From positions 1-64,000 of the IMG/VR virus record IMGVR_UViG_3300028832_000116: DNA of 64,000 nucleotides, one strand, 5' to 3'. Source of the DNA: a virus. Its lineage: Duplodnaviria > Caudoviricetes. The translations under genes and the position numbers were made by a program. Below are positions 1 to 8,841 of the stretch, one piece after another. The notes under the pieces were generated by a model. It did no database searches. It was not told the origin of the DNA and was given only the letters and a program-made list of their open reading frames with translations. The stretch's first letter is position 1; each line of letters starts with the position of its first letter.

Positions 1-40
1 GTGGGAAGCCGGCAAAGTTTTTTTTTTTTTTTTTTTTTAT

Positions 41-69
41 TCGCTATATAAACTAGGCCTATAATAGAG
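41..69 (+). promoter_or_regulatory. Early-type repeated promoter motif, copy 1
   Basis: TCGCTATATAAACTAGGCCTATAATAGAG; TATAAT 19 nt after the motif start, directly before RBS GGAGGTG. Confidence 0.75.
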
Positions 70-76
70 GAGGTGA

Positions 77-391
77 TTGAGAATGTGCAATCACGAACTT
101 ATTTTTATGGCCGAAAGATATGAGGGCACAATTGAGCAACTTCTCAATGAGGAGCTTGATTATACGCCTTTTTATGATATAACTGATCTTAAAAATCAGT
201 GTGATCTAATCATGGAACCTTATGGGTTTATTCATGATTGTGGATTCCATATTTATGTGGTTAAACACAATCAGGCTCGTAAGGGTCATGGTTGGGAAAC
301 TGCCGAGCGCGATTTTTGCGATGAGATCAGGAGGTGTGAACGAGCATGGGAAATTGCTCGCGATTTCTCATATCGCGGGACAGGAGACTAA
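77..391 (+). CDS. hypothetical protein
   Basis: 104-aa ORF after promoter and GAGGAGGTG RBS; followed by hairpin. Confidence 0.7.
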   Translation: MRMCNHELIFMAERYEGTIEQLLNEELDYTPFYDITDLKNQCDLIMEPYGFIHDCGFHIYVVKHNQARKGHGWETAERDFCDEIRRCERAWEIARDFSYRGTGD

Positions 392-409
392 ACAAGTCTC
401 CTAGATTTT
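382..409 (+). terminator. putative terminator hairpin
   Basis: AGGAGACT/AGTCTCCT stem then short T run. Confidence 0.55.
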
Positions 410-437
410 CGCATTTTTTTCAACGCTAATAATGAAA
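409..437 (+). promoter_or_regulatory. Early-type promoter motif, copy 2
   Basis: TCGCATTTTTTTCAACGCTAATAATGAAA aligns without gaps to the other copies. Confidence 0.7.
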
Positions 438-468
438 GATATAATAAAAAGGAGGATCTAATAAAACT

Positions 469-732
469 ATGACAGTTTGGGAAATGGTAATTATTATTCT
501 TGTTACCGCGCTTGCCGTAACTATTACGGCTTGTACAGTGATTCAGAAGATTTTCTTTGAATGTCGGAAGACCACGCAAGCAAAAAATAAGGCGGCTGCA
601 GAAACAGGAAAAATCATTTCAGAGGCAGTTACAAAATTGATTGATTCTCTGAAAGAAATGACAACAAAAAAGAAGGAGGATAATTCAGTAAGATACGCAG
701 ACTTACTGAAAGAAGAAATGAAAAAGGACTAA
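469..732 (+). CDS. membrane-anchored hypothetical protein
   Basis: AAGGAGG RBS; N-terminal hydrophobic helix. Confidence 0.75.
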   Translation: MTVWEMVIIILVTALAVTITACTVIQKIFFECRKTTQAKNKAAAETGKIISEAVTKLIDSLKEMTTKKKEDNSVRYADLLKEEMKKD

Positions 733-739
733 AGATAAT

Positions 740-772
740 GGAGTTCGCGGAAACGCGGCTCCTTTTATTTTT
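740..772 (+). terminator. intrinsic terminator
   Basis: GGAGTTCGCG-GAAA-CGCGGCTCC then T-rich tail. Confidence 0.7.
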
Positions 773-785
773 AAGGAGGGTTTAC

Positions 786-1100
786 ATGGATACTGAAAAC
801 GAATCCTATTATATTCCGAAAAGCGATACATTATTTGGATGTTGCACATTGCAAGTTAAAATTGAAAATGAAGAAGATTATGAAAAATGGAAAAAATATA
901 ATGGTGGGCGTAACAGATGGGATTTTCAAACCAGTTTTCCAGCAGTAATGCAGGCAGAGTATGATTTTCACACCTCATTAGATGTGGACATCATTTCCAG
1001 AAAAATTATTCAGCTTTTGCAAATGGGATTTAATGTACGAGCCGCTAATTGGAGACTCGCGGAATATAAATCACAATTAGAAAAGGAGAAAGATATTTAA
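786..1100 (+). CDS. hypothetical protein
   Basis: start moved to ATG 786 after AAGGAGG; upstream ATG 738 runs through the terminator. Confidence 0.7.
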   Translation: MDTENESYYIPKSDTLFGCCTLQVKIENEEDYEKWKKYNGGRNRWDFQTSFPAVMQAEYDFHTSLDVDIISRKIIQLLQMGFNVRAANWRLAEYKSQLEKEKDI

Positions 1101-1321
1101 TGGGAAGACATCCTGTAGATGATTTAAGTAGACGGTCAAAGCAATTACGTTTACGACTTACTCCTGCTGAATATTTTTGGATTAAAACAATAGCTAAAGA
1201 AAAAGGAATAAATATGCGACAAGCTTTATGGTATCCATTTCAGAAAGAATTACAACAAAAAACACCAGATGAAATTGGAGAATTAAACGTTAAAGTTGTT
1301 CAATTGATGAAAGAAAAATGA
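1100..1321 (+). CDS. ribbon-helix-helix (MobC/CopG-like) DNA-binding protein
   Basis: RSKQLRLRLTPAEYFWIKTIAKEKGINMRQAL beta-alpha-alpha pattern. Confidence 0.6.
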   Translation: MGRHPVDDLSRRSKQLRLRLTPAEYFWIKTIAKEKGINMRQALWYPFQKELQQKTPDEIGELNVKVVQLMKEK

Positions 1322-1350
1322 CCGCAAGTGGAACAACTCCTTTAATGAAC
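1322..1350 (+). promoter_or_regulatory. Early-type promoter motif, copy 3
   Basis: CCGCAAGTGGAACAACTCCTTTAATGAAC. Confidence 0.65.
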
Positions 1351-1388
1351 GGATGCGGATCTAATGAAAATTAAAGGAGGAAAAATAT

Positions 1389-1643
1389 ATGAATTGGAGT
1401 TTGGTCTGGTGGTTTTTTGGAGTATGTGCCACATTGACCGCATTGAAATTTGTGATCGTATTGTTTCGATCTATTTTCAATAAGGAGACAATGCAAAATG
1501 CAATCGAAACCGCTGGAAATAAAATTTCAGAAACAAGTGAAAAAATGACAGAAAAAATTAAAGAGAAAGCAGCCGAACGAAGAGTAAGAAAAGAAGAGGA
1601 AAAGAAAAATGGCTCACAGGTGATTAAGGGCTATATTCAATGA
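1389..1643 (+). CDS. membrane-anchored hypothetical protein
   Basis: AAAGGAGG RBS; N-terminal TM helix then charged coiled coil. Confidence 0.75.
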   Translation: MNWSLVWWFFGVCATLTALKFVIVLFRSIFNKETMQNAIETAGNKISETSEKMTEKIKEKAAERRVRKEEEKKNGSQVIKGYIQ

Positions 1644-1649
1644 TTATTA

Positions 1650-1693
1650 CGGAGCAAAGTTCGAAAGAACAAAGCTCCGAATCTTTATTTTTT
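1650..1693 (+). terminator. intrinsic terminator
   Basis: CGGAGC-AAA-GTTC-GAAA-GAAC-AAA-GCTCCG then T-rich tail. Confidence 0.65.
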
Positions 1694-1710
1694 AAAAGGA
1701 GTGAAACACG

Positions 1711-2055
1711 ATGAAACAAGTAACAAAGTATGAATGTAGTAAATGCCACAAATTATTTGACTCAGAAGAAGAATGCAAAGAATGTGAGGCATATCACGTT
1801 ATGCCAGAAAAAATGCAAACTGTGTGCTTTATGGACATTATTAATTCCGGAATAAACAATGTTTATTCTATAAATCGTGAAACAAATCTTGATCAAAAGT
1901 ATCCATTGTTAGTAACCATTCAAATGAAAGATGGAAAAACAGTAGACTATCGTATTGCTAATCCACAGAAAAAAGCGACAAAAGAAGATAAAGCACTTGA
2001 AGATACGCTTTCAAAATTTGATGAGACCATAAATAAAATATTTAAAAAGAGGTGA
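1711..2055 (+). CDS. Zn-finger-like hypothetical protein
   Basis: YECSKCHKLFDSEEECKECEAYH. Confidence 0.7.
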   Translation: MKQVTKYECSKCHKLFDSEEECKECEAYHVMPEKMQTVCFMDIINSGINNVYSINRETNLDQKYPLLVTIQMKDGKTVDYRIANPQKKATKEDKALEDTLSKFDETINKIFKKR

Positions 2056-2327
2056 TATTTATGGCTTTGTTAACAACCGATGTTCAATGGCATGATTTGA
2101 GAATTGATCCAGATGATCTTCCTGGAGAAGGTGAACCAATTATTGTAACTGTGCAAACATTTATGAATCGACAGACATGGCTCGATGTATTTACAAAAGA
2201 AGAATCTTCTGGAGAAATGATGTTTTATACAAAAGTGATGGGTGAGTATGGAAAAATAGAAGATCAAGCACTTTGGTATCCGGTAATTGCATGGGCATAT
2301 CCGCCTGCGCCATATGAATTCTTTTAA
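2052..2327 (+). CDS. DUF551-like phage protein
   Basis: WHDLRIDPDDLP...VIAWAYPPAPY termini. Confidence 0.55.
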   Translation: MIFMALLTTDVQWHDLRIDPDDLPGEGEPIIVTVQTFMNRQTWLDVFTKEESSGEMMFYTKVMGEYGKIEDQALWYPVIAWAYPPAPYEFF

Positions 2328-2339
2328 GGAGGTATATTT

Positions 2340-2690
2340 ATGAATCTTGGAATTGGTTTATTTGTTTGCGGTATACTGGTTGCTATTTTTGTTGTATTAA
2401 TGCGTATTTTAGATGTTCTTAATGAAGTTGGTGACGATTCTGAAATTATTAGGCGATGTGTATGGTCCTTAGTAGGTCACAACACAATTGATATTCAGAG
2501 TGCACATCCGACTGTTATTGCGACTGATGAATTTGGAACAGAATATTCTGCACAATTCGCAGAACGTTTAGATGCAATGAAAAAAGATGAGCAAGAAAAA
2601 AATGAACAACTTTTAGATCATATTCGAGAACTTAAAGTTCGCGTTGCTGATCTTGAATCTAAAGTCAATGAAATGTATGTTGAGGAGTAA
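2340..2690 (+). CDS. membrane-anchored coiled-coil protein
   Basis: AAGGAGG RBS; N-terminal TM helix. Confidence 0.75.
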   Translation: MNLGIGLFVCGILVAIFVVLMRILDVLNEVGDDSEIIRRCVWSLVGHNTIDIQSAHPTVIATDEFGTEYSAQFAERLDAMKKDEQEKNEQLLDHIRELKVRVADLESKVNEMYVEE

Positions 2691-2693
2691 AGA

Positions 2694-3437
2694 ATGGCTA
2701 TTAAAGAATCGCATAAGCTTATTTGGGATACTCTGATGTCATTTTTCGCAAATCCATATGGTGTTGCTGGTCTTATGGGGAACTTATTTGCAGAAAGTTC
2801 ATTAGACCCAAAGTGTCTAACTGGTGGAGGACTAAAAACTAAAGACCAAAAAGAAACATATTTAAAAAACGTAAAAAGCGGAAAAATAACACCTGAAGAT
2901 TTTACAAAAGATGGCATTGCAATCGGAATAGTACAATGGCGATATTGGAGCAGAAAAGAAGCTTTATTTTTGTACTGTAGAGATAATGGATTCGATATTG
3001 ATAATCTACTTGGTCAACTAAACTTTCTATATAAGGAAATTGCTACATATAAAACTGTTTATAACACAATATTAACGGCTAAGTCAATTAAAGAAGCTTC
3101 AGATATTGTTATGGAACGATACGAAAAACCTGGTAATATCACAGATAAAGCTAAAGAAAAAAGAGCAGCTTTTGGACAGGAGTGCTATGACATGTTTGCT
3201 CTGAATGATATTTCAACGCCTAAGCGTTATGTCACAACAACTGCAGACAAAGTAAATTTCAGAAATGGTAATGGAAAGAATTACGCAATTATATTTAAGT
3301 CTGGAAAAGCTGGAGAATATGCATATGAATGGGTAGCAACAGCAGATAATGGATGGCATGCAGTTGTTGCACATGTAGGAAATTCTCAGCGTGTTTTATG
3401 GGTATCTCCGGATTTTTCAAAAGTACTTACAGGATAA
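2694..3437 (+). CDS. phage-tail-lysozyme-type muramidase with C-terminal SH3b-like domain
   Basis: GVAGLMGNLFAES, GIVQW, QLNFLYKEI, YEKP; C-terminal VNFRNGNGKNYAII. Confidence 0.8.
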   Translation: MAIKESHKLIWDTLMSFFANPYGVAGLMGNLFAESSLDPKCLTGGGLKTKDQKETYLKNVKSGKITPEDFTKDGIAIGIVQWRYWSRKEALFLYCRDNGFDIDNLLGQLNFLYKEIATYKTVYNTILTAKSIKEASDIVMERYEKPGNITDKAKEKRAAFGQECYDMFALNDISTPKRYVTTTADKVNFRNGNGKNYAIIFKSGKAGEYAYEWVATADNGWHAVVAHVGNSQRVLWVSPDFSKVLTG

Positions 3438-3464
3438 GGAGGAATTTTTACGAGTCATACAACT

Positions 3465-3656
3465 ATGAAACAAAAGACATATTGTGGTTTAAATTATAAA
3501 CAACTTAGCGATGTTATGACAACTATGTCTGGTATAGAGGAACTAAATGATTTAAACGACTATCAAAGATTAGCATTTGATATTTCGATACAATGTGTAA
3601 CTGAGGTAATGAATCGAATGCGAGATGATAAACCAATAGAATTTGAGGTCGTTTAA
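3465..3656 (+). CDS. hypothetical protein
   Basis: ORF in packed run of genes. Confidence 0.6.
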   Translation: MKQKTYCGLNYKQLSDVMTTMSGIEELNDLNDYQRLAFDISIQCVTEVMNRMRDDKPIEFEVV

Positions 3657-3944
3657 ATGAAAGAACAGAAAAAACAAGATCTTGGATTTATGAGATCTGA
3701 AGATTTAAATTTGACAATCGGACAATTGAATAGCGCGATATCTAATCTTATTCTGAATAAGACAGTTGATGAATCATCCAAGATTTTATGGGCAGCGGAT
3801 GTCGAACGCGGTAGTAATTATGAAAAAACATATAATGTTCCACCTGGTAGTGTTATTTTTTGTCTGGAATGGGTTGAAAATGGCGAATCTGTTCGGGGAA
3901 CGTTAAAACTTGAACCTCCGTTTATAGCAAAAAATTTAAATTGA
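3657..3944 (+). CDS. hypothetical protein
   Basis: abuts previous stop; GAGGT RBS. Confidence 0.65.
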   Translation: MKEQKKQDLGFMRSEDLNLTIGQLNSAISNLILNKTVDESSKILWAADVERGSNYEKTYNVPPGSVIFCLEWVENGESVRGTLKLEPPFIAKNLN

Positions 3945-3948
3945 AAGG

Positions 3949-4245
3949 ATGAATATTTTTATGCTTATTAATATGCCGGTAGATGCAATTAGCGAGGCTT
4001 GCTTAACTTGTCCTGAATTGGAAATTGATATTGTTACAAAGGAATTTTATGAATTAGCATCTCCAGAAGAAGGAACAACGGAAGTTAAAAAAATAACTTA
4101 TGAGAATGTATTGCGTTGTAAACATTGCCATCGTTGTGAAATTATATTTAAGCATGGTAGTAAACAAAAAACTTCTACTAAATCCAAAACCAAACCTAAA
4201 ACAACAAAGAAAACCACAACCAGAAAAACGGTGGCGAAGAAATGA
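3949..4245 (+). CDS. Cys-rich protein with basic Lys/Thr tail
   Basis: CLTC, CKHCHRC; histone-H1-like tail. Confidence 0.65.
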   Translation: MNIFMLINMPVDAISEACLTCPELEIDIVTKEFYELASPEEGTTEVKKITYENVLRCKHCHRCEIIFKHGSKQKTSTKSKTKPKTTKKTTTRKTVAKK

Positions 4246-5399
4246 AAAATGTTAAAGTAGTTATCGGAGCTAATTTCGGAGATGAAGGTAAAGGCTTAAT
4301 GACTGATTATTTTTGCAGTCAAGCTCCTCCGAATGAAAAAGTTCTGAATGTACGGTTTAACGGTGGTGCTCAGGCAGGGCACACGGTTGTTGCTCCAGAT
4401 GGTAGAAGACATATTTTCAGTCACTTTGGAGCAGGTTCATTTTTGTCAAATGTGGCAACCTATTTAGGCCCCGAGTATATTATTAATCCAATTTTATTTC
4501 GTAGAGAGTATGAAAGGCTTGAGAAACTCGGGGTTATTCCTATGATATATTGCCACCCGAGGTGCTTGATTACTTTTCCGCAGGATATGATGGTAAATCA
4601 GTTCATTGAAAAAAGACGTGGAACAGATCGCCATGGATCCTGCGGGATTGGTATATTTGAAACATTACTTAGAAGTCGAAAAGACAGTGATATTTCAGCA
4701 AGCACTTTAACTGTTCTTGGAATGAAACATTGCCAGATTGATATTGACTATTATAGTAACGAAAGAGTTGAAAAGATATTTGGAGTTACTCTTGAACAAG
4801 ACGAAAAAGCGTTGCTAATCAATCAGAATATTCGAGCACATTTTAATCAGGACATTAAGTTCTTTATGGATCATGTTAGTTTTGTGGACGAAAAGATATT
4901 TAGGCATTTCAATCACGTAGTTTTCGAAGGTGCTCAAGGGTTATTACTTGATCAGAACAATTCTGCATATTTTCCTCATTTGACACCGAGTAATACTGGT
5001 ATACAGAATGTCGTGCCATATTTAGATCGATCTATGGATGTGGAAGTTTGTTATGTAACTCGTCCATATTTAACCAGACATGGTGCTGGCAAACTTCCTA
5101 ACGAATGCCCTAGAGAGATGACTGGAGCGAAACCCGATCTTACCAATCATATTAATGAATGGCAGGGTGAACTTCGGTATGGAAAATTAAATGTTGCGGA
5201 TCTTATGAAACGTTGTGAAGACGATATTGAGCCTATTTATTATTTTTCAAAAATTTCATATGCTGTTACGCATATGGATGAAGCTTTAAAGTCCGACTTG
5301 ATGCCATATTCTGATGACCTTTATTTGTCATACGGTCCATGCAGAACAAATGTTAAAAAGTTATTTGGAGAAGACGATGACATCAACAGAAGCGATTAA
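4242..5399 (+). CDS. divergent adenylosuccinate synthetase (PurA-fold) enzyme
   Basis: GANFGDEGKG, RFNGGAQAGHT, FEGAQG, YLTRHGAG; aspartate-binding TTGRxR loop absent. Confidence 0.85.
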   Translation: MKNVKVVIGANFGDEGKGLMTDYFCSQAPPNEKVLNVRFNGGAQAGHTVVAPDGRRHIFSHFGAGSFLSNVATYLGPEYIINPILFRREYERLEKLGVIPMIYCHPRCLITFPQDMMVNQFIEKRRGTDRHGSCGIGIFETLLRSRKDSDISASTLTVLGMKHCQIDIDYYSNERVEKIFGVTLEQDEKALLINQNIRAHFNQDIKFFMDHVSFVDEKIFRHFNHVVFEGAQGLLLDQNNSAYFPHLTPSNTGIQNVVPYLDRSMDVEVCYVTRPYLTRHGAGKLPNECPREMTGAKPDLTNHINEWQGELRYGKLNVADLMKRCEDDIEPIYYFSKISYAVTHMDEALKSDLMPYSDDLYLSYGPCRTNVKKLFGEDDDINRSD

Positions 5400-6414
5400 C
5401 ATCATTTTTAATGCAAGAACTGCCAAAGACATATTTCCTCCGGGAGAAGATACTATTCGTTCAACTTTTCATAAGTACGCAAAGGTTATTCACCCAGACG
5501 TATGCGATGATCCTAAAGGGCAAGATGCATTTTTACTGTTAAAAGATTATTATGAATATGCTCTAACTCATCCCAACATTGAAGACTTGTCCAGTCCATA
5601 TTCTGGGCAAAAAGTTATGCTCCGTAGAGCGCTGGATATTTCCTCATTCGAACTTGGTGGTAGGTATACTTCTGACAAAGACGTTACTTATATTCTGGAT
5701 TCAGGAAAAGAAAAATTTTTTGACAATTACTTAAATTCAGTTAAACAAATGCATAATCAACTAGAGCATGTTGTAGATGTAAACATGAAGAAGTTGTATT
5801 TGCCATTGATTCCTCAAGTTGAACATACTTTTAAAACTTCCCCATCTGGATATTTTGGAAGTCGCTTTGGAATCGTTATATTTCGGAATTCGAATGAGTA
5901 TCCTTTTGACTTATTTTTAAAAGCCTATAAAGACGAACTTACCGGTCGCGATATTGCTTGGATGATTTCCAGAATGACGGACTTATGCTGTTTTCTTAGA
6001 TGGTGCGGATGCCCTATGGTTTTAAATGGTTTTACAGAAAATAATTTATTCATCAATCCTGATAACCATTCTATCCATATTTATGGTGGCTGGTGGTATG
6101 CAACTCCGCTTGACGAGCCAATGATTGGTACCAGCAAAGACGTATATTCTGTAATGACTAACAAAACAAAAACTGATAAACGTTCAGCACAACTTACTGA
6201 TATTGAATGCGTAAAAGCAATTGCTCGCCATATTACAGAAGCTAATCCAGATATTCCAAAACCGATGCTGGATTGGATACGTCGGGGAAGCAATGATAAT
6301 CCGATTGAGGAAAAAATGAGATGGGATGATGCTTTAGAACGTGCGTATGGCCCTAGATCATTTACCAAGTTTAATTATGATTCGTCAAAAATATTTTATA
6401 AGCGAGGTATGTAG
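5377..6414 (+). CDS. J-domain protein fused to a degenerate protein-kinase-like domain
   Basis: FHKYAKVIHPD (J-domain HPD); WMISRMTDLCCFL...VLNGFTENNLFI...GGWWY resembles a kinase C-lobe lacking HRD/DFG; start at ATG 5377 after GGAG. Confidence 0.65.
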   Translation: MTSTEAINIIFNARTAKDIFPPGEDTIRSTFHKYAKVIHPDVCDDPKGQDAFLLLKDYYEYALTHPNIEDLSSPYSGQKVMLRRALDISSFELGGRYTSDKDVTYILDSGKEKFFDNYLNSVKQMHNQLEHVVDVNMKKLYLPLIPQVEHTFKTSPSGYFGSRFGIVIFRNSNEYPFDLFLKAYKDELTGRDIAWMISRMTDLCCFLRWCGCPMVLNGFTENNLFINPDNHSIHIYGGWWYATPLDEPMIGTSKDVYSVMTNKTKTDKRSAQLTDIECVKAIARHITEANPDIPKPMLDWIRRGSNDNPIEEKMRWDDALERAYGPRSFTKFNYDSSKIFYKRGM

Positions 6415-6415
6415 T

Positions 6416-6619
6416 ATGAGAGGCCCGTTTTATGTAAGGGATAAGGATTTTCAAGACCGGGAAGTATACAAACTTGCTCATATTTGTGAAGACTGTGCCT
6501 TTTGTGATGAGCGCTCTGGATTTTGCTGTTTAAGTACCTGTACATATTTCGAATTCATGAACGAGCAAGAAACTGAGGAAAATTTTAATAAAGAAAACTG
6601 TGAAGTTACGGATGATTAA
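6416..6619 (+). CDS. small Cys-rich protein
   Basis: CEDCAFC...CCLSTC; GAGGT RBS. Confidence 0.6.
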   Translation: MRGPFYVRDKDFQDREVYKLAHICEDCAFCDERSGFCCLSTCTYFEFMNEQETEENFNKENCEVTDD

Positions 6620-6632
6620 GGAGGATATTTAA

Positions 6633-7574
6633 ATGGGTAGCGGAACTTTTACAACTCAGGATTGGACACGGTATGCGCGTAGTAATGTTTATGGTAAAAG
6701 TACGAATGAAATATATACTTCCAAAGGATTAAAAACAGAATTTGATCCTAAAAATGTTTTACGTGAATCTCGAGATTCTGATGAGCATCCGAATAGTACC
6801 CCGATTATTATTGGATTAGATGTTACTGGATCAATGAACAATATTCTGTATGAGGTTGCACAGCAACTCGGATCTCTTGTTACTGAGATTCTGGAAAGGA
6901 AGCCCGTCAGTGATCCCCAGATTATGTTTAATGCTATTGGGGATAGTTATTGTGACGAGGTGCCTTTCCAGTGTACTCAGTTCGAATCCGATATTCGAAT
7001 CGCAGAACAACTTACACAGTTATATTTTGAACGCGGAGGCGGAGGAAACGATTTAGAGTCCTATCCCCTCGTCTGGTATTTTGCTGCTAATCATACATCT
7101 TGCGATAATTTTGAAAAGCGTGGTAAAAAGGGATTCTTATTCACAATGGGTGATGACGCATATCCTAAGACTCTTACATCTCGTGAACTTTCCAATATTT
7201 TTGGTGATAAGATCGAAGGCGCTTCAGAACTTACAATGAATGAGGTTTTAACTCAAACATCACGTGAATGGGAGATATTTCATTTGTGTTTGAAACAAGG
7301 TTCAAATATGTCTAGTAGCTGGTATGCCGATGGTGGTACAGAAGAAACCAATCGGGTACTTGATGAATGGACAAATTTAATTGGCGAACGCGCAATTCCA
7401 GTTTCTGATTATACGAAAATTCCGCAGATCATTGTTTCTATATTAGAACGAATGGCTGGTAAATCCGTAGAGGATATTGTGGATTCCTGGGATGGCAGCA
7501 CAGCAGTTGCTGTAAAGGAAGCCATTTCTGGTCTAGCAGAGACTAAAGAGAGGTCTGATCTGATTGAGTTTTAA
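6633..7574 (+). CDS. vWA-domain protein
   Basis: IIIGLDVTGSM MIDAS-like motif, GGGGNDLESY, LFTMGD. Confidence 0.85.
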   Translation: MGSGTFTTQDWTRYARSNVYGKSTNEIYTSKGLKTEFDPKNVLRESRDSDEHPNSTPIIIGLDVTGSMNNILYEVAQQLGSLVTEILERKPVSDPQIMFNAIGDSYCDEVPFQCTQFESDIRIAEQLTQLYFERGGGGNDLESYPLVWYFAANHTSCDNFEKRGKKGFLFTMGDDAYPKTLTSRELSNIFGDKIEGASELTMNEVLTQTSREWEIFHLCLKQGSNMSSSWYADGGTEETNRVLDEWTNLIGERAIPVSDYTKIPQIIVSILERMAGKSVEDIVDSWDGSTAVAVKEAISGLAETKERSDLIEF

Positions 7575-7684
7575 TTTTCAAGTATCATCTCCCTGGCAAG
7601 CAATTGTTGGGATATGCATGCTTATTTTATTGGTAATTTACTTATTCAAAAATATTAATCGAAACTTGTGAAGGAGATATCTGA

Positions 7685-7996
7685 ATGAATCCATTTCCTC
7701 AAAAAACAATACGACGAAATAAACATGCTGAACCAATGAGTTCCGGAAAATATCGTAAACTCGACAATTTCAAAACTGCAATTGGTATGGGAGCAAATTG
7801 GATCGATCAGGATACAGGTATTATGTATCATATTCAGGAATACTATGAGGCACTTCATAATCCTCAAATTCCAGCTGATCAGAAACCTACAAAAATACAT
7901 ATGACAAATTATAAAACTGGAGAAGATCTTGGATGGGCTGACGAATATTATGTCGCTATGAAAATGAAGGACCCAGAACCAGATCCTAAATATTAA
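7685..7996 (+). CDS. hypothetical protein
   Basis: AAGGAG RBS. Confidence 0.7.
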   Translation: MNPFPQKTIRRNKHAEPMSSGKYRKLDNFKTAIGMGANWIDQDTGIMYHIQEYYEALHNPQIPADQKPTKIHMTNYKTGEDLGWADEYYVAMKMKDPEPDPKY

Positions 7997-8006
7997 GGAG
8001 TTAATC

Positions 8007-8198
8007 ATGGTAAAAAATCATGCTTATTATTGTGACTTATGTAAAAAGGAAGTTTCCAGAAAAGAAGCAGAAGATTCCAGCATTGCTATGCGCAAAGCAA
8101 TGAAGAACGACGACCCAAACATATTTGACATTTGGTTTGGGGACTATTGTAAAAACTGCGCAAACAAATATATTTCAGGAGAGATTAAAAGCCTATGA
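8007..8198 (+). CDS. Zn-ribbon hypothetical protein
   Basis: CDLC...CKNC. Confidence 0.7.
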   Translation: MVKNHAYYCDLCKKEVSRKEAEDSSIAMRKAMKNDDPNIFDIWFGDYCKNCANKYISGEIKSL

Positions 8199-8428
8199 TT
8201 GTTGATCTTCCAGTTAAATGTGTATCCAAAAAACTATGCTCCAATTGTGAGTTTATTGACTTAACTTCGGATACTTTAAAAATGACAGATGGCTATGAAT
8301 CTGTTGGTACGATTACAGAAATCAGATGCAGAAACTATGAACTTTGCTCAAGGATGCTTCGATATTTAAACTTGGCTGCGGATGATTCTCATGATGATTT
8401 TAAATTTACAGGAAGAGATGGAGATTAA
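8195..8428 (+). CDS. Cys-rich hypothetical protein
   Basis: ATGA coupling; CSNC, CRNYELC. Confidence 0.65.
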   Translation: MIVDLPVKCVSKKLCSNCEFIDLTSDTLKMTDGYESVGTITEIRCRNYELCSRMLRYLNLAADDSHDDFKFTGRDGD

Positions 8429-8430
8429 AT

Positions 8431-8688
8431 ATGAATGAAACTGAAAAGAAAAGCTATTCTATTTTTCTGAAACCGAAAGATAAACTGAATAATACCCTAC
8501 CCTATGGTATTGCAAATTTACGAGTGAGTGCTTATGGAGAAAGTTTAACTGATGCATGTGAAAAAGCGGAAGTATATTTTTCAGGAGCACTTGGTGTGTC
8601 TCTTGTGACTGAAAGCGCGTACGAAGAGACCCTGTATGAAAATGATGGTGGTATTGGAAACGATATTGAAATTGAAGTTGAACCGTGA
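8431..8688 (+). CDS. hypothetical protein
   Basis: GGAG RBS, packed ORF. Confidence 0.65.
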   Translation: MNETEKKSYSIFLKPKDKLNNTLPYGIANLRVSAYGESLTDACEKAEVYFSGALGVSLVTESAYEETLYENDGGIGNDIEIEVEP

Positions 8689-8698
8689 TATTTCCAAA

Positions 8699-8727
8699 TC
8701 GCAACGGAAACAAGGCCTATTATAGAG
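8699..8727 (+). promoter_or_regulatory. Early-type promoter motif, copy 4
   Basis: TCGCAACGGAAACAAGGCCTATTATAGAG. Confidence 0.75.
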
Positions 8728-8810
8728 ACGGAGAGCGTTTGATTGATTAAAGCCGAACAGAGATTCGGAATCAATATTCAAGGAGCGCAAACGCCTCCTC
8801 TTTTTGTCTC
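8725..8810 (+). ncRNA. candidate structured small RNA or leader
   Basis: nested stems GAGAC/GTCTC, GCGTTTG/CAAACGC, ATTGATT/AATCAAT, CCGAA/TTCGG; no ORF. Confidence 0.55.
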
Positions 8811-8841
8811 TTATATTTTTTAAAAGGAGTTGGTGCTACAC

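Noticed and set aside
17-38. Long poly-T run
   Set aside because: At the window edge; probably a terminator tail or homopolymer artefact
4242-5399. PurZ / Z-genome pathway
   Set aside because: Catalytic position is Asp (GDEGKG), not Ser, and no dATPase or MazZ-like gene is recognisable in the window
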